From contig JAYZAY010000009.1 of the NCBI GenBank assembly GCA_036339465.1, positions 1 to 53,161 on the forward strand: a stretch of DNA of 53,161 nucleotides, written 5' to 3'. The notes beneath the pieces were generated by a model, which saw nothing but the letters and a program-made list of their open reading frames with translations, did no database searches and had not been told where the DNA came from. This document shows positions 48,174 to 53,161 of the stretch, piece by piece (the first letter of the stretch is position 1; each line of letters opens with the position of its first letter). The translations under genes were made by a program, and so were the position numbers. This DNA comes from Myxococcota bacterium. GTDB lineage: Bacteria > Myxococcota > XYA12-FULL-58-9 > JABJBS01.

Positions 48174-50111
48174 ATGCCTGTTATTACTCTTCCCGACGGT
48201 AGCCAACGCTCTTTCGAACACACAGTCAGCACCCTTGATGTCGCCATGGATATTGGCCCAGGCCTAGCCAAAGCCTGTATCGCAGGCCGAGTCAATGGTG
48301 ATCGCGTAGACGCCTGTGACCCTATTGAAGCCGATTCAACGCTCGAAATCATCACAGCCAAAAACGAAGACGGACTCGAAATTATCCGCCATTCATGTGC
48401 GCACCTACTCGGCCACGCCCTAAAGCAGCTTTGGCCCGAAGCAAAAATGGCCATAGGACCCACCATTGACCATGGATTCTATTACGACATCGAGCTAGCG
48501 CATTCCATCACAGATGATGATCTCGCCGCCCTCGAAAAACGCATGGAAAAACTAGCCAAGACCAACTACGAAGTCGTGAAAAAGAAGGTCAGCTGGCAGG
48601 AGGCCCGTGATGTTTTCGAGGCGAGAGGCGAAACTTACAAAATTGAAATCCTAGACAATGACATCGCCAAAGAAGACAAACCCGGCCTCTACTATCACGA
48701 AGAATATGTCGATATGTGCCGCGGGCCCCATGTTCCCAGTATGCGATTCAATCACCACTTCAAACTCCTGAGCCTTGCCGGCGCTTATTGGAGAGGCCGC
48801 AGTGACAATAAAATGTTGCAGCGGATTTATGGCACGGCCTGGGCCGATAAAAAACAGCTCAAAGCGCATCTCCAAAGACTGGAAGAAGCAGCAAAACGGG
48901 ATCACCGACGCATTGCGAAGCAATTGGACCTTTTCCATATGCAGCCTGAAGCCCCAGGAATCGCATTCTGGCATCACAATGGCTGGACTATTTTTCTCGA
49001 ACTCGAAGCCTTTATTCGAAAAAAGCTTCGCGAATATGACTACCAGGAAGTCAAGGGGCCACTGATGATGGACCGCAGCCTCTGGGAAAAGTCTGGTCAT
49101 TGGGAGAAATTCGGCGAGAATATGTTCACCACGAACTCCGAAAACCGCGAATATGCCATCAAGCCCATGAATTGCCCGGGACACGTTCAGATCTTTAATC
49201 AAGGCCTCAAATCCTATAGGGACCTGCCCTTGCGAATGGCCGAGTTTGGTTCATGTCACCGAAACGAACCATCTGGGGCATTGCACGGTCTTATGCGCGT
49301 GCGAGGCTTCACCCAAGACGACGCCCACATATTCTGTACCCCGGAACAGGTCCAAGAAGAAGTCACCGCCTGTATTAAAATGGTTTACGATACCTATGCG
49401 ACCTTTGGCTTCAAAAACATCGCCGTCCAGTTATCGACGCGCCCCGAACGCCGGGTCGGCACAGACGAAATGTGGGATAAGGCCGAGGCTGCCCTCTCCG
49501 ATTCTCTCAAGAACATGGACATCCAGTTCTCTCTTCAAGAAGGTGAAGGGGCATTTTACGGCCCAAAAATTGAATTCACCCTCTTCGATAGCCTCGCTAG
49601 AGCTTGGCAATGCGGCACCGTGCAACTCGACTTCGCCCTTCCCGAGAGACTCGGGGCCACCTATGTCAGTGAAAACAACGAGCGGGAAACCCCCGTTATG
49701 ATTCACCGCGCCATTCTTGGATCACTCGAACGCTTTATCGGGATCCTCATCGAGGATTTTGTGGGATCCCTCCCCCTCTGGCTGGCACCACAGCAAGCCA
49801 TGGTCCTAACCATCACCGACAAGCAATTGGAATACGCCCAAAGTGTGGCGAAGAAATTTCATGACGCAGGCTTTCGAGTTGCTGCCGACTGTAGAAATGA
49901 GAAAATTGGGTTCAAAATCCGAGAGCATACCCTACGGCGCGTTCCCTACATGCTCGTGTGTGGCAATCAAGAAATGGAAGAGGGCGCAGTGGCCGTGAGA
50001 ACACGCTGGGGTAAAGATTTAGGAAAAATCGACGTCGATGAATTCCTCACCCAATTTAGCCAAGAAGTCCGCGAACGAACCATTGTTCAACCCGACACAG
50101 CTGAAAACTAA
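48174..50111 (+). CDS. thrS: Threonine--tRNA ligase
   Basis: TGS domain [54 protein letters not shown]. Confidence 0.98.
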   Translation: MPVITLPDGSQRSFEHTVSTLDVAMDIGPGLAKACIAGRVNGDRVDACDPIEADSTLEIITAKNEDGLEIIRHSCAHLLGHALKQLWPEAKMAIGPTIDHGFYYDIELAHSITDDDLAALEKRMEKLAKTNYEVVKKKVSWQEARDVFEARGETYKIEILDNDIAKEDKPGLYYHEEYVDMCRGPHVPSMRFNHHFKLLSLAGAYWRGRSDNKMLQRIYGTAWADKKQLKAHLQRLEEAAKRDHRRIAKQLDLFHMQPEAPGIAFWHHNGWTIFLELEAFIRKKLREYDYQEVKGPLMMDRSLWEKSGHWEKFGENMFTTNSENREYAIKPMNCPGHVQIFNQGLKSYRDLPLRMAEFGSCHRNEPSGALHGLMRVRGFTQDDAHIFCTPEQVQEEVTACIKMVYDTYATFGFKNIAVQLSTRPERRVGTDEMWDKAEAALSDSLKNMDIQFSLQEGEGAFYGPKIEFTLFDSLARAWQCGTVQLDFALPERLGATYVSENNERETPVMIHRAILGSLERFIGILIEDFVGSLPLWLAPQQAMVLTITDKQLEYAQSVAKKFHDAGFRVAADCRNEKIGFKIREHTLRRVPYMLVCGNQEMEEGAVAVRTRWGKDLGKIDVDEFLTQFSQEVRERTIVQPDTAEN

Positions 50112-50259
50112 TTCACCGTTGCTGCGCCAATCCCCATGGTGAGATGTTTTGAGCGCTCGGTTCCCTACACCCCCAAAGGCAACTCTTTTCATCCACAATT
50201 TTATGTGGTTTGATTCCCCTGGTTTTATGGACTTTTGCCTTCCGAAGGGGGAAACAAAG

Positions 50260-51465
50260 ATGAAAACCAGCCATATCGACATCCACAATCCCGAACAATA
50301 TCGCGTGGGGGTTCCCCACGATAAATACAACGAACTGCGCCATCAGGCGCCCGTTCATTTCCAACAAGAAATGGAGGGTCCCGGCTACTGGGCAGTCATG
50401 AAACATGCTGATGTGGTCTATGCCTCCAAAAGGCCTCAAATATTCTCCTCTCAACAGGGCGGCATTAATATCCCAGATCCGTCCGACGAGGACCTCGAAG
50501 TCGCACGGATGATCATGATCAACATGGATCCCCCGCAACATGCCAAGTATCGCAAATTGGTATCCACAGGATTCACACCCAGGATGACTCAGAGACTCGT
50601 TGGCGCCATCCAAAATGCGGTCGCCATTATCCTCGACCGCATATCCGGCGAAAAGGAAGTTGACTTTGTAGCCACCATCGCCTCACAGTTACCCCTCTAC
50701 CTCATCGCTGATCTCATCGGCTGGCCAGAGTCTGACCATGATCTGATGTTTGCATGGAGTAACCGCGTGGCGAGGATCGACTACGAACCCGAGGACGCCC
50801 GCATAGCCGCCATGGAGTTCTGGGAGTATTGCACTTGCTTGATTGAAAAAGCGGAAAGTTCTGAAATAAAACGCGACGACCTCCTTCACGTCATTTTGGA
50901 AGCTGAAATCGACGGAGAAAGCCTATCCCATATGGAGATTGTCAATTTCCTTCTCTTATTGGCAATCGGCGGAAATGAAACCACACGAAATTGTATATCC
51001 GGAGGATTCCTAGCCCTACACGAAACCCCCAGCCAATTAGAAAAATTCAAGGCAGATCCTCTTGGTTTAAGCGAAAGCACGGTTGAAGAAATGCTTCGCT
51101 GGACTTCCCCAATCACAGCCTTCCGGCGCACAGCCATGTGCGACACAGAGTTGGGAGGGCAGGCCATTAAAGAGGGAGAAAAAGTGGTTCTCTATTATGC
51201 TTCCGCCAACAGAGACGAAGAAATTTTTGATTCATCATCAGAATTCGACATCCAACGCGTTGAAAACCCTCACCTTTCCTTCGGGACAGGCCAACATTTC
51301 TGCCTCGGTGCAACCCTTGCACGAATGGAAATAAGAATACTCTTTGAGCAACTCTTCACACGGTTTCCAAATATGACTCCCTCCAGTGAAGTAATTCGGC
51401 TCCCGAGCAACTATGTCAACGCCATCCAAAAATTCATGGTCATTCCCGGTGAGGACCATCGCTGA
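50260..51465 (+). CDS. Cytochrome P450 (CYP124/125/142-like)
   Basis: MDPPQH..YR, I-helix GGNETT, EEMLR, FGTGQHFCLG; start reassigned to ATG 50260 (SD AAGGGGG). Confidence 0.93.
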   Translation: MKTSHIDIHNPEQYRVGVPHDKYNELRHQAPVHFQQEMEGPGYWAVMKHADVVYASKRPQIFSSQQGGINIPDPSDEDLEVARMIMINMDPPQHAKYRKLVSTGFTPRMTQRLVGAIQNAVAIILDRISGEKEVDFVATIASQLPLYLIADLIGWPESDHDLMFAWSNRVARIDYEPEDARIAAMEFWEYCTCLIEKAESSEIKRDDLLHVILEAEIDGESLSHMEIVNFLLLLAIGGNETTRNCISGGFLALHETPSQLEKFKADPLGLSESTVEEMLRWTSPITAFRRTAMCDTELGGQAIKEGEKVVLYYASANRDEEIFDSSSEFDIQRVENPHLSFGTGQHFCLGATLARMEIRILFEQLFTRFPNMTPSSEVIRLPSNYVNAIQKFMVIPGEDHR

Positions 51466-51470
51466 CCTGA

Positions 51471-51493
51471 GCCGTGATTAAAAACGGCCTTTC
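51471..51493 (+). terminator. Weak candidate intrinsic terminator after the P450
   Basis: GCCGT-N8-ACGGC followed by CTTTC. Confidence 0.3.
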
Positions 51494-51984
51494 AAAACTC
51501 CCCCAAGGACAGCCCTAGCAGCATTAGCCCCGTTCGCAATAGGATACCTAAGCCTTGAAAGAGGAATGAATCCCGGAGATGCTGATTGACGTGTGGCGGC
51601 CACGAAAGCATTGACCCTAAATTTGTAGAGACCGTCTCCTACTCAGTGATTAGGAGAGTTCACTACCCGAACGTGTTGACTCAATAAAGTGTGAACCGGC
51701 TTGGATTTAATTGCACCTTAAATTCATCGATACTGATACCAAAAATCAGAACCCGGCAAGACAGGCCAAAAGCCCCATAAGGACTTAGCTTCCACATTCC
51801 CCACTCAGCTACCCCCACCCGCACCCGTCCTATCTCATTAGAGGGCGCCGAGGCGATGCATACAGACCAGTGTCACGGGACCTTTACAAATCCTGAAAAG
51901 CCCTAAACCCACAGAGAAAGCCACAAAATCAAGGTTCTACCCCCACATATTTACCCCGAGCCTCGACCATGACATCTTAATTCA

Positions 51985-53052
51985 ATGCACTGGGCAAAAA
52001 CACTCATTCTCACATGCACCATCCCCATATCCGGTTGTGGCTTCGGTTACGTTTTCTCCTCCGCCTATCACCAAATGACTCTCCTCTCCTCAAGGGTACC
52101 GATTGAACAAGCCCGCCGGCAAGGGGATTTGAGCCCACACGAATTAAAATCTCTGGACCTGATCGATGAGGTTCGAGCCTACGCCAAAGAAATACAACTC
52201 GCCGGTTCGAAAAATTTCACGTCCATCGCCCTCCATTGGGACAAGACTATCTGGAATATTTCAGCTTCAGATCCACTATCGTTTAACTCTAAGACTTGGT
52301 GGTTTCCGATTATCGGACGCATTCCCTATCTGGGTTACTTTAGCAAAGATGCCGTGGACAATGAAGCAAAAGACCTCAAGGAAGAAGGACTCGACGTCTA
52401 CATTCGCAAGGTCGGCGCATATTCCACCTTGGGGTGGTTTGAAGATCCCATTCTCCGTCAGATGCTTGAATGGTTTGAATACGACTTGGTAAATTTGGTG
52501 CTCCATGAGCTAACCCACGCCACTATCTGGATCCCTGGCAGTGTGAACTTCAATGAGAGTTTCGCCAATTTCGTTGGCCATGAAGCGGCAATTCGATTCC
52601 TGAGTCAAAAATATGGTTCCGCATCCCATCAACTCGAAACCACACGGAAAATACTCTCTGACCGGGCGCAGTGGAAAACCCTTCTTGAAAAATTATACCA
52701 AGACCTCGCACGTGTTTATCGCAACCCAAACCTACAAAACAGCCACAAGCTCGAAGCCAAATCACAATTATTCAAATCCCTCCCGGCCAAGGTCGAGGAT
52801 TCCACTCTTTACAACAAGCAGCGTTACCTCTCCCATATTCAAGCTGGCACCTGGAACAATGCACGCTTGGCGCAATTTAAGACCTACAATTCAAATCAAG
52901 CCTACTTTCAAATCATTCTCGACCAAGTGGGGGGGGACCTCTATGGTTTTATTCAAGCCATCGAAAAAATTACCGACGACGCAGAGAATCCGTTCTCGGC
53001 CCTTCAAAGCGCCGCAGCCATCATCGAAGAAAATCACCCACTAACCCCATGA
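51985..53052 (+). CDS. Putative zinc aminopeptidase lipoprotein (Aminopep/DUF2265 family)
   Basis: Lipobox ISGC; WWFPIIGRIPYLGYF, AYSTLGWFEDP, HELTH, FNESFANFV, NNARL. Confidence 0.88.
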   Translation: MHWAKTLILTCTIPISGCGFGYVFSSAYHQMTLLSSRVPIEQARRQGDLSPHELKSLDLIDEVRAYAKEIQLAGSKNFTSIALHWDKTIWNISASDPLSFNSKTWWFPIIGRIPYLGYFSKDAVDNEAKDLKEEGLDVYIRKVGAYSTLGWFEDPILRQMLEWFEYDLVNLVLHELTHATIWIPGSVNFNESFANFVGHEAAIRFLSQKYGSASHQLETTRKILSDRAQWKTLLEKLYQDLARVYRNPNLQNSHKLEAKSQLFKSLPAKVEDSTLYNKQRYLSHIQAGTWNNARLAQFKTYNSNQAYFQIILDQVGGDLYGFIQAIEKITDDAENPFSALQSAAAIIEENHPLTP

Positions 53053-53161
53053 CTGCCTTACCAGGCAACCCGTAACCCAAGGGTCAAACCAACGGATTTG
53101 TTCGGTAGAAGATTGGCCTGGGCAAAAACTTTCATCAACCAGACATTCGCTTGTACCCCAC

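Noticed and set aside
51556..51687. Selenoprotein with UxxC (TGA TTG ACG TGT) and an adjacent hairpin
   Set aside because: Another in-frame TGA lies 9 codons upstream with no start codon between them.

Overview
Bacterial chromosomal window with no mobile element, prophage or CRISPR array seen. It most likely comes from a Myxococcota/deltaproteobacterial genome: it has a stand-alone spd/mitochondrial-type EF-G1, Cys-rich lipoproteins, an FHA-GGDEF protein and myxobacterial-style hypotheticals. Housekeeping genes are dusA, rpoZ, tRNA-Leu(CAA), hemL, fusA, thrS, crcB and two DbpA-type DEAD-box helicases. The largest unit is an extended MoxR/DUF58/BatA-E operon (20482-31386). It adds a TlpA-BatD-like fusion, a TPR plus SurA/PrsA-like chaperone and a BatC with Ca-binding repeats, and it is flanked by an orphan PduT-like BMC shell gene and hemL. 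Other notable items: a PP2C-cNMP phosphatase overlapping a DgcB-like FHA-diguanylate cyclase; a gammaproteobacterial-type thrS with a tRNA-Thr-anticodon-mimic operator hairpin next to a Vibrio-like crcB; a structured deaD leader; a TlpA-PhnD fusion; and a 606-aa unknown that may be a tandem nitroreductase fold. All family calls come from motif recognition by eye; no searches were run.
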